Part shown: in pieces, positions 18,372-27,686 of the stretch | Numbering within the stretch: position 1 is the stretch's first letter | Layout: every line of letters starts with the position of its first letter | NCBI GenBank assembly: GCA_964559455.1 | Contig: CAZLHO010000006.1 | Coordinates: 17,627-81,626 of the forward strand | Length of the DNA: 64,000 nt | Origin: an uncultured Fibrobacteraceae bacterium | GTDB lineage: Bacteria; Krumholzibacteriota; Krumholzibacteriia; LZORAL124-64-63 | Direction: 5' to 3' | Notes under the pieces: model-generated | What the model was told of the DNA's origin: nothing | Databases searched by the model: none | What the model saw: only the letters and a program-made list of their open reading frames with translations | Program-made: the position numbers and the translations under genes

Positions 18372-19424
18372 TCAGGAACGCGAGCCGGGTCCGGCGTCGT
18401 GGATCCGGATCCTGATGGATTCCGGGATCCGGCAGACCTGCACGCGGCTCTTGAAGACCTGGCCGACGTAGATCCTGCCGTCGCCGTCGACGGCGAGCAG
18501 GCCGGGATAATAGAACCAGCCGGGCGCGGCGCCCTTGCCGCCGAACTCGCCGGCGAAGCGGCCGTCGGGGCGGTAGCAGAGGACCGCGAAGCGGTTCTTG
18601 TCCAGGACGAGCACCGTTCCGTCCGGGGCCACCTCGGCGGCGATCGGGAAGGCCAGCTGACCCACCTTCCCGCCGGGATAGCCGAACGAGCGCAGGTGCT
18701 CGCCGTCGAGATCGAAGACCCGGACCGTGCCCAGCGTCGGGATGGGCACGTAGACCAGGTCGTCGTGCACGCTGATCTTGCCGATGCCTTGTCCGTAGAC
18801 CTCTTCGGGGTCCAGGGAGTCCAGCACCGGAAAGCGCTTCAGCAGGGAGCCGTCGCGGCCGTGGACCTCGACGGCACGCGTGGCGTGCTCCGAAACGACG
18901 ACGCGGCCGCCGGAGGCGACCGCGACGCTGCGGTAGTCGGCAGGCAGTGCGCCGCCGTGATGTTCCAGGTTCACGAGGCCCAGGAACATGCCGTCGAAAT
19001 CGCAGCGCACCAGTTCCCGCCGGTTGCCGACGTTGGCCAGGATGAGGATGGTGCCCTCGGGTTCGACGGTGAGGTCGGTGGGGGTCGAAAAACGGTCGCC
19101 GCCGGAGAAGGAGAAACGGAAGGCGCCGCTCTTGTCGAAGATAAGGATCCGGTTGCGGCCCATGTCGGCCACCAGGATCTCGCCGGTGAGGGGATCGTGG
19201 TGGATGGCGGCCGGCCGGCCGAAGTCATCGTTGACTCCGGGAGGGGAGAGAAGATGCGAGAAATCGGAAGGGACGGCCAGGGGACCGCCGCGGTTTCCGG
19301 CGTTGTCGCTTGCAGGAGCGCTGGAGCAACAGGCAACGACCACGAACAACAGGAAGCCGCCCCCCATGAGGAGACGACGTCGGTAGTCGCGGCCGTGGCG
19401 CTGTTTTGTCGTTGTCGGGCTCAT
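18372..19424 (-). CDS. NHL-repeat (six-bladed beta-propeller) protein, secreted
   Basis: Repeated ~40-aa blades with G-x-hydrophobic-D motifs (PAAIHHDPLTGEILVADMGRNRILIF; PDGTVLVLDKNRFAVLCY; DGRIYVGQVFKSRVQV). A hydrophobic N-terminal segment may start at the internal Met (19367). Confidence 0.65.
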   Translation of the reverse strand: MSPTTTKQRHGRDYRRRLLMGGGFLLFVVVACCSSAPASDNAGNRGGPLAVPSDFSHLLSPPGVNDDFGRPAAIHHDPLTGEILVADMGRNRILIFDKSGAFRFSFSGGDRFSTPTDLTVEPEGTILILANVGNRRELVRCDFDGMFLGLVNLEHHGGALPADYRSVAVASGGRVVVSEHATRAVEVHGRDGSLLKRFPVLDSLDPEEVYGQGIGKISVHDDLVYVPIPTLGTVRVFDLDGEHLRSFGYPGGKVGQLAFPIAAEVAPDGTVLVLDKNRFAVLCYRPDGRFAGEFGGKGAAPGWFYYPGLLAVDGDGRIYVGQVFKSRVQVCRIPESIRIRIHDAGPGSRS

Positions 19425-19604
19425 TGCTAAAAGGGCAATCCTCGGAAATCATGTTGGATGTTTCACAGCTCGACATAAAACCTACACCACCGACGGGTGT
19501 TTTTTCAAGGGGTTCATGACAATTCGCTGACATTTTTTTGTTTTATCATGAGGTCGATTTTCATTCCCGATTCGCGGGTTCGATACCAGTCGGTATGTTA
19601 ATTA

Positions 19605-19642
19605 ACGAAAAGACAACGCCCTGGACCATGAGGCCCAGGGCG
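19605..19642 (-). terminator. putative intrinsic terminator of the hemCDBL operon
   Basis: 7-bp stem (GCCCTGG / CCAGGGC; 19618-24 / 19635-41) with a 10-nt loop. It is followed on the minus strand by T-rich gttgtcttttcgt, 36 nt past the hemL stop. Confidence 0.35.
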
Positions 19643-19677
19643 CGGAGGAGGCATATCAAAGAGTCCGGATCTCTTGT

Positions 19678-20973
19678 TTAATCGTTCACGAGATTCCCCA
19701 TCGCCTTGCCCGCGGCCGCCACGGTGCGCGCGATGTCCTCGTCGCCGTGGGCCGCCGAGACGAAGCCGACCTCGTAGCCCGAGGGGGCCAGGTAGACGCC
19801 CTCGTCGATCATCATCCTGTGGAAGCGGCCGTAGGTCGCCATCGCTCCCCCGTCGACCGCGTCGAAGCGGCGCGGCGCGTCGGCCTGGAAGGCGGTCCAG
19901 AAGATCGAGCCGACGCGGACCACCGTGGCGGTGACGCCGGCGGCAGCGGCCGCGGCGCGCAGGCCGGCCTCCAGGGTCGCGCCCTTGCGTTCCAGTTCCT
20001 CGTAGAAGCCGGGGCGGCCGGTCTTCTCGAGCGTGGCCAGGCCGGCGGCCATGGCCACGGGGTTGCCGCTGAGGGTGCCCGCCTGGTAGACGGGGCCGTT
20101 GGGCGAGACGTGATCCATCAGCGACCGCGAGGCCGCGTAGGCGCCCACGGGCATGCCGCCGCCGATGATCTTGCCGTAGGTCGCGATGTCGGGCGTGATG
20201 CCGTAGAGCATCGCGGCGCCGCCCGGCCCCACGCGGAACCCGTTGATCACCTCGTCGAAGATCAGCAGGGCGCCGTGCTTCGCGGTCAGCTCGCGGCACT
20301 TCTTCAGGAACTCGGGCCGCTGCACGAGCAGGCCGGAGTTGGCGGGGATCGGCTCGATGATCAGGGCGGCCGTCTTGTCGCCGTGCTCGGCGAAGAAGGC
20401 CTCCAGCGCCGCGTCGTCGTCCAGGGGCAGCACGGCCGTATGCTTCGTGAAGTCGGCCGGCACGCCGCCGCTGCTGGGGGTGCCGAAAGTGGCCAGGCCG
20501 CTGCCGGCCTGCACCAGCAGGCTGTCGACGTGGCCGTGGTAGCAGCCGTCGAACTTCAGGACCAGGTCGCGGCCGGTGACGCCGCGCGCCAGGCGGATGG
20601 CGCTCATCACGGCCTCGGTGCCCGAGCTGACGAAGCGCACCTGGTCGAAGAGGGGCAGCCGGGCCAGGAAGGCCTCGGCCAGCAGCACCTCACGGCGGCT
20701 GGGTGCGCCGAAGCTGGCGCCCTCGCGCACGGCCTCTTCGATCGCCGCGCGCACCTCGGGGTCGTCGTGGCCCAGGATCATCGGACCCCAGCTCTGGCAG
20801 TAGTCGATGAAGCTGCGCCCGTCCTCGTCGACGAAGCGGCCGCCCGAGGCCTTCGCGAAGAAGACGGGGTCGCCGGGCACCGAGCGGAAGGCCCGCACCG
20901 GACTGTTCACTCCGCCGGGCAAAACCTTTCGGGCCCGTTCCCACCAGCCGGCGTTTCCCGGACGTTCGCTCAT
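19678..20973 (-). CDS. hemL: glutamate-1-semialdehyde 2,1-aminomutase
   Basis: PLP-aminotransferase class III motifs (LIFDEVINGFR; GKIIGGGMPVGAY with the Lys). Start ATG at 20973 (MSERPGNAGWW...). Confidence 0.9.
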   Translation of the reverse strand: MSERPGNAGWWERARKVLPGGVNSPVRAFRSVPGDPVFFAKASGGRFVDEDGRSFIDYCQSWGPMILGHDDPEVRAAIEEAVREGASFGAPSRREVLLAEAFLARLPLFDQVRFVSSGTEAVMSAIRLARGVTGRDLVLKFDGCYHGHVDSLLVQAGSGLATFGTPSSGGVPADFTKHTAVLPLDDDAALEAFFAEHGDKTAALIIEPIPANSGLLVQRPEFLKKCRELTAKHGALLIFDEVINGFRVGPGGAAMLYGITPDIATYGKIIGGGMPVGAYAASRSLMDHVSPNGPVYQAGTLSGNPVAMAAGLATLEKTGRPGFYEELERKGATLEAGLRAAAAAAGVTATVVRVGSIFWTAFQADAPRRFDAVDGGAMATYGRFHRMMIDEGVYLAPSGYEVGFVSAAHGDEDIARTVAAAGKAMGNLVND

Positions 20974-21950
20974 CGGATCCATCCCTTCCGCAGGGCCTCG
21001 CGGCCGTGATAGGTGATGATCAGGTCGGCGCCGGCGCGGCGCATCGAGAGCAGGTTCTCGAGGACCAGGGCCTGCTCGTCTCCGTAGCCGGCGGCCGCCG
21101 ACGCCTTCACCATCGAATACTCGCCGCTGACGTTGTAGACGCAGACCGGGCGCAGGGTCTCCTCGCGCAGCCGGGCGACGACGTCGAGGTAGGCCAGCGC
21201 GGGCTTGACCATGACCATGTCCGCGCCCTCGTCGATGTCCAGCAGGGCCTCGAGCAGGGCCTCGCGCCCGTTGCGGAAGTCCATCTGGTAGGTCTTGCGG
21301 TCGCCCTGCGGCGCGCTGTCGCAGGCGTCGCGGAAGGGGCCGTAGTAGGCGCTGGCGAACTTCGACGAGTAGGCCAGGATCGAGACGTCCTCGAAGCCCT
21401 CCTCGTCCAGGGCGTCGCGGATGCCGATCACCCGGCCGTCCATCATGTCGCTGGGGCTGACGATGTTCGCGCCGCAGCGGGCGTGCAGCACGGCCATGCG
21501 CGCCAGCTGATCGACGCTGGGGTCGTTGACGACCTTGCCGTCCTCCAGGAAGCCGCAGTGCCCGTGGGTGGTGTAGGCGCAGAGGCAGACGTCGGTGATC
21601 AGGATGACGTCGTCGCCGAACTCCTTGCGCAGGGCGCGCAGAGCCTGGGCGATCACGGTGTCCTCGTTCACGGCGTCGTCGCCGTGGGGGGTCTTGGCGT
21701 CCTCGGCGGGCACGCCGAAGAAGAGGTGCGACTTCAGGCCCAGCTCGAGGTCGGCGCCGACCTCGGCCACGAGCTTGTCCACCGAGACGTGCCCGACCCC
21801 GGGCATGCTGGGGATCTCCTCCTCGACGCCCTTGCCCGGCACCACGAAGTGCGGGGTGATCAGGTGGCGGGGGTGGACCTCGGTCTCGGCGACGAGCTCG
21901 CGCATCAGCGGCGTCGTGCGCAGGCGGCGGGGGCGTTGGGTCAGTCTCAT
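20970..21950 (-). CDS. hemB: porphobilinogen synthase (delta-aminolevulinic acid dehydratase)
   Basis: ALAD motifs (active-site Lys region VKPALAYLDVV; metal site DVCLCAYTTHGHCG). Start at the internal ATG 21950 (MRLTQRPRRLR...). ATGA overlap with hemL. Confidence 0.9.
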   Translation of the reverse strand: MRLTQRPRRLRTTPLMRELVAETEVHPRHLITPHFVVPGKGVEEEIPSMPGVGHVSVDKLVAEVGADLELGLKSHLFFGVPAEDAKTPHGDDAVNEDTVIAQALRALRKEFGDDVILITDVCLCAYTTHGHCGFLEDGKVVNDPSVDQLARMAVLHARCGANIVSPSDMMDGRVIGIRDALDEEGFEDVSILAYSSKFASAYYGPFRDACDSAPQGDRKTYQMDFRNGREALLEALLDIDEGADMVMVKPALAYLDVVARLREETLRPVCVYNVSGEYSMVKASAAAGYGDEQALVLENLLSMRRAGADLIITYHGREALRKGWIR

Positions 21951-22684
21951 GGGGCACGCTCCGGAGTGTTTGGGGATGCGTCCAGGTCCAGGCCGACGGC
22001 GCGGCACAGTGATTCCAGGTCGGGCCGCTCGGCGACGGCCGGATCGAGTCCGGCGTCGCGGGCGGCGGCGGCGGTGGTCTCGCCGATGGCGACGCAGTCC
22101 GGCGCGGCGACGGGCCAGGCGCCGCGGAAGGCCGACACGGTCGAGGGGCTGGCGAAGACCACGACGTCGCCGGGCAGGAAAGGGTCGGCCGGCAGCTCGG
22201 CGGGGGGCACCGGCAGGGTCGCGTACAGGGGGAGGTCGCGCACGGTGAAGCCGGCGTCGGCCAGGATGTCGACGGGCTCGCGCATGCGCCGGGCGGCGCC
22301 GGGCAGCAGCACGCGGGCCGGCGGGGCGACGCGGGCGAGGAATGCGCGCGCCAGCTCCACGCCGTCGCGGGCGTCGACGCCCAGGTCGTCGTGGCCGCCG
22401 CGGGACTCGAGCTCGGCGCGGGTGCCGGGCCCCAGGACGCCCAGGCGCGCGCCGGCCGAGGGCAGTTCCGCGGCCAGGGGACCGTCGTAGAAGGCGCTCA
22501 CGGCCTGCGGCGAGGTGAAGAGGATCCAGTCCCAGTCGGCCAGGCGGAAGTCGGCGGGCGGCGCGACGGCCTCGTGGCGGATCAGCGGCGGCAGCAGTGG
22601 CGGCACGCCGGCGGCCTCCGGACGGAGGCGCCAGGGCTCGTTGCGCCCGGATACGCGCGTGAGCACGATGCGCCGCGGAGTCAC
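21947..22684 (-). CDS. hemD: uroporphyrinogen-III synthase
   Basis: ~246-aa HemD-like two-domain protein. Start assigned to the GTG at 22684 (VTPRRIVLTR...), which forms a GTGA overlap with the hemC stop. The upstream part of the ORF is frame shadow over hemC. Confidence 0.65.
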   Translation of the reverse strand: MTPRRIVLTRVSGRNEPWRLRPEAAGVPPLLPPLIRHEAVAPPADFRLADWDWILFTSPQAVSAFYDGPLAAELPSAGARLGVLGPGTRAELESRGGHDDLGVDARDGVELARAFLARVAPPARVLLPGAARRMREPVDILADAGFTVRDLPLYATLPVPPAELPADPFLPGDVVVFASPSTVSAFRGAWPVAAPDCVAIGETTAAAARDAGLDPAVAERPDLESLCRAVGLDLDASPNTPERAP

Positions 22685-23643
22685 GAGGTCGTTCCCTTCC
22701 CTTCGTCCTCTTCGGACCTGCGCACGGCGATGCGGTCGAAGGCCTCGTCGGCCAGGGCCTCGGGGTCCGGCCCCGCCAGGGACAGGCGCAGCGGGGCCGC
22801 GGCCTCGCCCTGCCAGAAGGCCTCCAGGCGGAAGGCGCCGTCGTCGGGCCGCACGTTCACGCCGAAGGGCAGCTGGCAGCCGCCCTCCAGGCGGGTCAAA
22901 AGCCTGCGTTCGGCCTCGACGGCCCGGGCCGCCTCGGCGCAGTGCAGGGGGCGCAGCAGATCCCGGGCGCCGTCCTCGTCCCGGCACTGCAGGGCGAGCA
23001 TGCCCTGGGCGGGGGCGGGCACGAAGCCCGTGACCGGCAGCGGGCGGGTCCAGAGGTCGCCCAGGTCCAGCTCCAGCCGCGTCACGCCGGCCAGGGCCAG
23101 CAGGATGGCGTCGTAGCCGCCCTCGCGCAGCTTGCGCACGCGGGTGGGCACGTTGCCGCGCAGGTCGACCAGCTCGAGGTCCGGGCGCAGGTCCTTGATC
23201 TGGGCCTGGCGGCGGGCGGCGCTGGTGCCCACGCGGGCGCCGTCGCGCAGCGGCAGCACGGCGCCGTTGCGCTCGCGCTCCGGATCGATCGCTTCGGCTC
23301 GGGCCAGCAGCAGCTCGGCCGGATCCTCGCGGCCGATCAAGGCGGCCAGGATGAGCCCGGCCGGCATCTCGGTGGCCAGGTCCTTCATGGAGTGGACGGC
23401 CAGGTCCACGCGCCGCTCGAGCAGCGCGTCCTCCAGTTCCTTCGTGAAGAAGCCCTTGCCCTCGAGCTGGGCCAGGGGCACGTCGTCGATGCGGTCGCCC
23501 TGGGTCTTGATGACGGTGATCTCGACGTCGACGCCGCGGGCGGTCAGCAGGTCGCGCACGTGGTGCGCCTGCCAGAGGGCCAGGTCGCTGCCGCGGGTGC
23601 CGATGCGCAGGCCGGGGGCGTCGCTGGGGGATCCGTGGGTCAA
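22681..23643 (-). CDS. hemC: hydroxymethylbilane synthase (porphobilinogen deaminase)
   Basis: LRIGTRGSDLALWQA N-terminus. Dipyrromethane cofactor Cys region (LEGGCQLPFG). 320 aa. Confidence 0.9.
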   Translation of the reverse strand: MTHGSPSDAPGLRIGTRGSDLALWQAHHVRDLLTARGVDVEITVIKTQGDRIDDVPLAQLEGKGFFTKELEDALLERRVDLAVHSMKDLATEMPAGLILAALIGREDPAELLLARAEAIDPERERNGAVLPLRDGARVGTSAARRQAQIKDLRPDLELVDLRGNVPTRVRKLREGGYDAILLALAGVTRLELDLGDLWTRPLPVTGFVPAPAQGMLALQCRDEDGARDLLRPLHCAEAARAVEAERRLLTRLEGGCQLPFGVNVRPDDGAFRLEAFWQGEAAAPLRLSLAGPDPEALADEAFDRIAVRRSEEDEGKGTTS

Positions 23644-23739
23644 GGGGCCTCCTCGGGGACGGCGTGGCGTTGCGGAAACCGGGTCAAGATAATGCGCAAT
23701 CGGCGGGAAGTTGTCACGCGGTCGTCACGAGCCGTTCCC

Positions 23740-24429
23740 TTAGAGCACGAGCCGATACCCCACCCCGTGCACCGTCAGGATGTGCTCGGGCTGGGCCGGA
23801 TCCCGCTCCAGGGCCTTGCGCAGGCTCAGGATGAAGTTGTCGACGGTGCGGGTGGTCGGGTAGGCCTCGAAACCCCAGATGCGGTCCAGGATCGTGCGGC
23901 GCGAGACCGGCTCGCCGGCGAATTCGGCGAGCAGGCGCAGGATCTGCGATTCCTTCTCCTTCAGCTCGACCTTGCCGTGGGGGCCGTGCGCCACCAGGGT
24001 GCGCAGGTCGATCCTGGATGAGCCGACCCGCAGCAGGTCGGTCTTGGCCGAGGTGCGCAGCCAGTCCTCGCGGCGGAAGATGCCCTTGATGCGGGCCAGC
24101 AGCTCGCGCAGGTTGAAGGGCTTGACGATGTAGTCGTCGCCGCCCTCTTCGAGGCCGCGGATGCGGTCGTCGTCGCGCCCCCGGGCGGTCAAAAACAGCA
24201 CGGGGACGCGGTCGCCGGATTCGCGGACGCGCCGGCAGAAGGCGAAGCCGTCCATGCCCGGCAGCATGACGTCCAGCAGGATCAGGTCGACCCCGCCGCG
24301 TTTCCAGTAGTGCAATCCCTCCTCGGCCGACTCGGCCACGACCGGATCGTGGCCCTCCAGTTCGAGGTTGACGCGCAGCCCGTCGGCCAGGTGCTGGTCG
24401 TCCTCGACGACCAGGATGCGCTTCTTCAT
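23740..24429 (-). CDS. OmpR-family response regulator
   Basis: Start ATG at 24429 (MKKRILVVEDDQHLADGLR...). Receiver domain with D in LILLDVMLPGMDG. C-terminal winged-helix domain (TVHGVGYRLV). Confidence 0.85.
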   Translation of the reverse strand: MKKRILVVEDDQHLADGLRVNLELEGHDPVVAESAEEGLHYWKRGGVDLILLDVMLPGMDGFAFCRRVRESGDRVPVLFLTARGRDDDRIRGLEEGGDDYIVKPFNLRELLARIKGIFRREDWLRTSAKTDLLRVGSSRIDLRTLVAHGPHGKVELKEKESQILRLLAEFAGEPVSRRTILDRIWGFEAYPTTRTVDNFILSLRKALERDPAQPEHILTVHGVGYRLVL

Positions 24430-25547
24430 GCCCTCTCCTCCGTCGTTTCGGGCGGCGAGGCGGCGGGCAGCCGCAGGGTGAACACGCTGCCGCGGCCTTC
24501 CTCGCTCTGCAGGTCGACGTCCCCGCCCAGCAGGCGGGCGTTGTGCTCGACCAGGTAGAGGCCCAGGCCCGAGCCCGAGGTCGGTCCCTTCACGGCGCCG
24601 TCCCGGGGCTCGAGGCGGACGAAGCTCTCGAAGACGCGGCGGCGGTCGCGGCGGGGAATGCCGGGCCCCCCGTCGCCGACCGACAGCAGCAGGCGGCGGC
24701 CCTCGCGGCGCAGGGCGACCTTCACGCGCGCCGGCGGCGACGAATACTGGACCGCGTTCTGCACCAGGTTGCGCAAGGCCAGGGCCAGCACTTCGCGGTC
24801 TCCGGCCAGGGCGTGGCCGGAGGGCAGGTCCGTCTCCAGGAGGGCGCCGGCGCGCTCCAGGAAGCCGTGCATCTCGTCCAGCACCTCGGCGGCGGCGACG
24901 CCGGGGTCGAAGATCCCGCGGGGCCCGGGCGCGGTCGCCTCGCCGCGGCTCAGCGCGAGGACATGGTCGACCAGGGACTCCAGGCGCTGCACGTCCTCCA
25001 CCAGGCCGTCGGTCATGCGCCGCCGGTCCGCCTCCTTCAGATCGGGGCGGGCCAGCGTCTCGGCGTAGAGGCGCAGGCTGGCCAGGGGCGTGCGGAACTC
25101 GTGGGTGGCCCCGGCCAGGAAGAGCTCGCGGGCGCGCTTGAACTGGCGTTCGCGGCGCAGCGCCTCGGTCAGCACGACGGTGCCGGCCGCCAGCAGCATC
25201 AGGAAGAAGACCCCCTCGCCGGCGAACATGCGACGGCGGCGCTGGGCCTCGCCTCGGACGGCTTCCTGGGCCTCGGCGGTGATGCGGATCTGCCGGCCCA
25301 CGGCCGTGTTCTCCATTCTGAGGTGGGGATAGTGGTCGCGGAGGAAAGCGTCGGGATCGGAAGCCAGTTCGGGGTTGGCCTCGAGCACCATCGAGGCGTG
25401 CAGCAGGTCCGTGGCCATCTGATGCTGCCGCAGGCGCTCGTAGGTCTCGGCCTCGCGCGACAGGAAGACGAACCACCACACGCCCAGCGAGACGAGCAGC
25501 ACCACCAGCACGCCGTAGATCAGACCCAGTCGCAGCGGGAACCGCAT
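24426..25547 (-). CDS. sensor histidine kinase
   Basis: One N-terminal TM helix. H-box ATHEFRTPLASL. N/G boxes (NLVQNAVQYS; GSGLGLYLV). ATGA overlap with the regulator gene. Confidence 0.8.
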   Translation of the reverse strand: MRFPLRLGLIYGVLVVLLVSLGVWWFVFLSREAETYERLRQHQMATDLLHASMVLEANPELASDPDAFLRDHYPHLRMENTAVGRQIRITAEAQEAVRGEAQRRRRMFAGEGVFFLMLLAAGTVVLTEALRRERQFKRARELFLAGATHEFRTPLASLRLYAETLARPDLKEADRRRMTDGLVEDVQRLESLVDHVLALSRGEATAPGPRGIFDPGVAAAEVLDEMHGFLERAGALLETDLPSGHALAGDREVLALALRNLVQNAVQYSSPPARVKVALRREGRRLLLSVGDGGPGIPRRDRRRVFESFVRLEPRDGAVKGPTSGSGLGLYLVEHNARLLGGDVDLQSEEGRGSVFTLRLPAASPPETTEERA

Positions 25548-25734
25548 GGAACGTCCTTTCAGCCGGGCGCCGCTGCCGGATCCGGAGGCGCCGCCCAGGC
25601 ACTATAACAGGAGGCGGGCGCGTTGGCAGCGGCGACCTGCGGGACGGCGGCGGCATTTTGCTTGCGGACCCGGGGGCGCGGGCGCAATCTCGCCGGCTGG
25701 AAGGGATTCTCCGGGGACCTGCGGGAGCCGAGCC

Positions 25735-27219
25735 TTGAGCGAGCCGAAACAGCAGAGCGACATCTTTCCGCCGCGGTTCGCGGTCGCGGCCGCGCTCGTC
25801 CTGGCGTTGCTGGCGCAGGCTCTGCTCTACGCCCGGGGATTCCACGCCCTCTCCGCCGACGACAGCGCCCGCGTCCTGGCGGCCCGGGGGCACGGCCTGT
25901 CGGCCCTGTGGCAACCGGGTTGGTGGCCGCCGCTGCCGGCCATGGTTCAGGGTCTGCTCCTCGAACTCTGGCCCGATCTCTTCCGGGCGCCCCGGCTGCT
26001 CGCCGGGCTTGTCGGGCTGGCCGTGGTGCCTGCGGTGGGCCGGCTCGCCGCCCGGCTCTTCGCCGACCGCGCGGTGAGCGGCGCGGCCGTCGTGCTGGCG
26101 GCCCTCTACGCGCCGCGGCTGGTTTTCGCGATGCTGCCCCTGGCCGAGATCTGGCTCACCCTCTTCGCCGTGCTCGCCGCCGCCGACACCGCCGCCTGGC
26201 TGCGCGAGGACAGCCCCGGACTGCTGCGCCGCGCCGCCGTCTGGAGCTTGTTCGCGGCGATGTCCCGCTACGAGGGCTGGCTGCTGGCCGCGGCCCTCGC
26301 CATGCTGGCGCTGGTCGCCTGGCGGCGCGGCGTGGCCGGACGCCGCCTGGGCGGATCCGATGCCGCGGGCACGGTCCTCGTCGCCGCCGTCTTTCCCGTC
26401 TACTGGCTGGCGGCCGCCGCGCTCGGCGGCCGGCTGGCGCTGCTCGGGGAGGCCTCCCGCCGCTACGACCTGCTTCAGGGGGGCGCTTCGGCGGTCGTCT
26501 GGAGGCATACCCACCTCTTCCAGTTCCTGCGGCAGGCGGCGACGACCCCGATCGTCGCCGGAGCCGCGGCGTTGACGGTCTGGTGGCTGCGCTCGTCCCG
26601 CGTGCGCTGGTGGTCGTCGCTGATGCTCTTCCCACTGCTGGGCATGTCCGCCTTGGCGCTGGCCACGCACAGCCTGCCGAGCCACAACTGGGGACGGCTG
26701 GCGGCCCCCTGGCTCGTGATGCTGCTGCCCTTCCTGGCCTGGCTGCTGGAAAAGGCGGCCGCGGCCCTGGCGCCGCCCGGTCCGGGACGGCGCGCGCTGC
26801 TGGCCTGCGCGGTGGTCGTCTTCCTGGCCGGTTTCTGGGACGGCGCCGCTTCGGTCGCGGCGCGCAGCGACATGACCCGGGACGACCTGCGCGCGGGACG
26901 GGCGGCCGCGGCCATGGTCGCCGACGGCCCGGGCCGCATCCTCCTGGACTCGAGCCACTGGAGCCACCTGCACCTGCAGGTCGCTTCGGGGATTCCCGAC
27001 CGTTTCCTGCTCAACACCGGCTACGACCCCCGCCTTCCCGGGCCGTCGATCCTGCCCGACGAGGCGCTGCCCACCCCGGAAGCCCTGCGCAATCTGGGCC
27101 TGGACCTGCTCGTCTTCCGCGATCCGGAGCGCGTGCGGGCGTTGGCCGCGGCCGGCCTGGAGCAGGCCGCCGCCTTCGGGCCCTGGCGCCTGTTCCGGAT
27201 CCCGCCCGCCGGTTCCTGA
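25735..27219 (+). CDS. polytopic membrane protein, putative GT39/ArnT-like glycosyltransferase
   Basis: At least 10 predicted TM helices with an N-terminal loop carrying conserved acidic residues (ALSADDSARVLAARG). Start placed at the in-frame TTG 25735 (GGGAG RBS), because the ATG at 25546 would overlap the divergent kinase start. The start is uncertain. Confidence 0.4.
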   Translation: MSEPKQQSDIFPPRFAVAAALVLALLAQALLYARGFHALSADDSARVLAARGHGLSALWQPGWWPPLPAMVQGLLLELWPDLFRAPRLLAGLVGLAVVPAVGRLAARLFADRAVSGAAVVLAALYAPRLVFAMLPLAEIWLTLFAVLAAADTAAWLREDSPGLLRRAAVWSLFAAMSRYEGWLLAAALAMLALVAWRRGVAGRRLGGSDAAGTVLVAAVFPVYWLAAAALGGRLALLGEASRRYDLLQGGASAVVWRHTHLFQFLRQAATTPIVAGAAALTVWWLRSSRVRWWSSLMLFPLLGMSALALATHSLPSHNWGRLAAPWLVMLLPFLAWLLEKAAAALAPPGPGRRALLACAVVVFLAGFWDGAASVAARSDMTRDDLRAGRAAAAMVADGPGRILLDSSHWSHLHLQVASGIPDRFLLNTGYDPRLPGPSILPDEALPTPEALRNLGLDLLVFRDPERVRALAAAGLEQAAAFGPWRLFRIPPAGS

Positions 27220-27443
27220 TCTTCTCCGGCATCGTGTCCCGCGGCGATGACGGCCCGGGCGTCGCGCGCATCCCGGCGGCGACGGTCCGCGACCGCTCCG
27301 GAAAGCCGGCCGCCGCCCGCGATCGCCGTCGCGCTGCGGTCCTCCTTCCCTTCCGGCCTTCGCGCCGGCGTCGGCACCCTCGTTGCAGCGGGGCGCATCG
27401 TGTCGCGTCGTGAGCCAGGGATTCCGGCCCGGGGAGGTGAATG

Positions 27444-27638
27444 ATGAGCGAGGTCGAGTGGAGGGAGATCGAGAGCACCCTCGAGAGGATGGGCGTGGAG
27501 CAGGTCCAGGAGAGGCTCGAGATCAGTCCCGTGATCGTGGGCGGCGCGCCGGGCGTCGACGGCTGCGACTGCAGCTGCGACTGCACGTTGCCGCCGCTGG
27601 AGCCCTATTCGCGGGCCCAGACCTTCTTCAACGGTTGA
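27444..27638 (+). CDS. small peptide with an acidic helical N-terminal region, a GG motif and a Cys/Asp-rich C-terminal core (precursor-peptide-like)
   Basis: MSEVEWREIESTLERMGVEQVQERLEISPVIVGG | APGVDGCDCSCDCTLPPLEPYSRAQTFFNG. GGAGGT RBS 6 nt upstream. Immediately followed by a perfect GC hairpin. Confidence 0.45.
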   Translation: MSEVEWREIESTLERMGVEQVQERLEISPVIVGGAPGVDGCDCSCDCTLPPLEPYSRAQTFFNG

Positions 27639-27645
27639 TGCGCGC

Positions 27646-27673
27646 GCGGCCCGGGCTTCCTCGCCCGGGCCGC
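27646..27673 (+). promoter_or_regulatory. perfect 11-bp-stem hairpin between the small-peptide gene and the downstream genes (attenuator-like; no U-tract)
   Basis: GCGGCCCGGGC-ttcctc-GCCCGGGCCGC, 8 nt after the peptide stop and 13 nt before the next ATG. Confidence 0.5.
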
Positions 27674-27686
27674 GCTCCGGAGGGGC

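Noticed and set aside
19486-19505. Small plus-strand hairpin plus T6 (CACC-gacg-GGTG-TTTTTT)
   Set aside because: The stem is only 4 bp and there is no plus-strand gene upstream to terminate. Probably just AT-rich promoter-region sequence for the NHL gene.
19571-19600. tRNA T-arm-like GCGGGTTCGATACC in the hemL/NHL intergenic region
   Set aside because: No complementary strand to close a T-stem and no acceptor/anticodon arms could be folded. Judged coincidental.
25546-25734. ATG at 25546 as the start of the GT39-like membrane protein
   Set aside because: It would place a start codon 1 nt from the divergent kinase start codon, leaving no room for either promoter. The in-frame TTG at 25735 with a GGGAG RBS is more plausible, though still uncertain.
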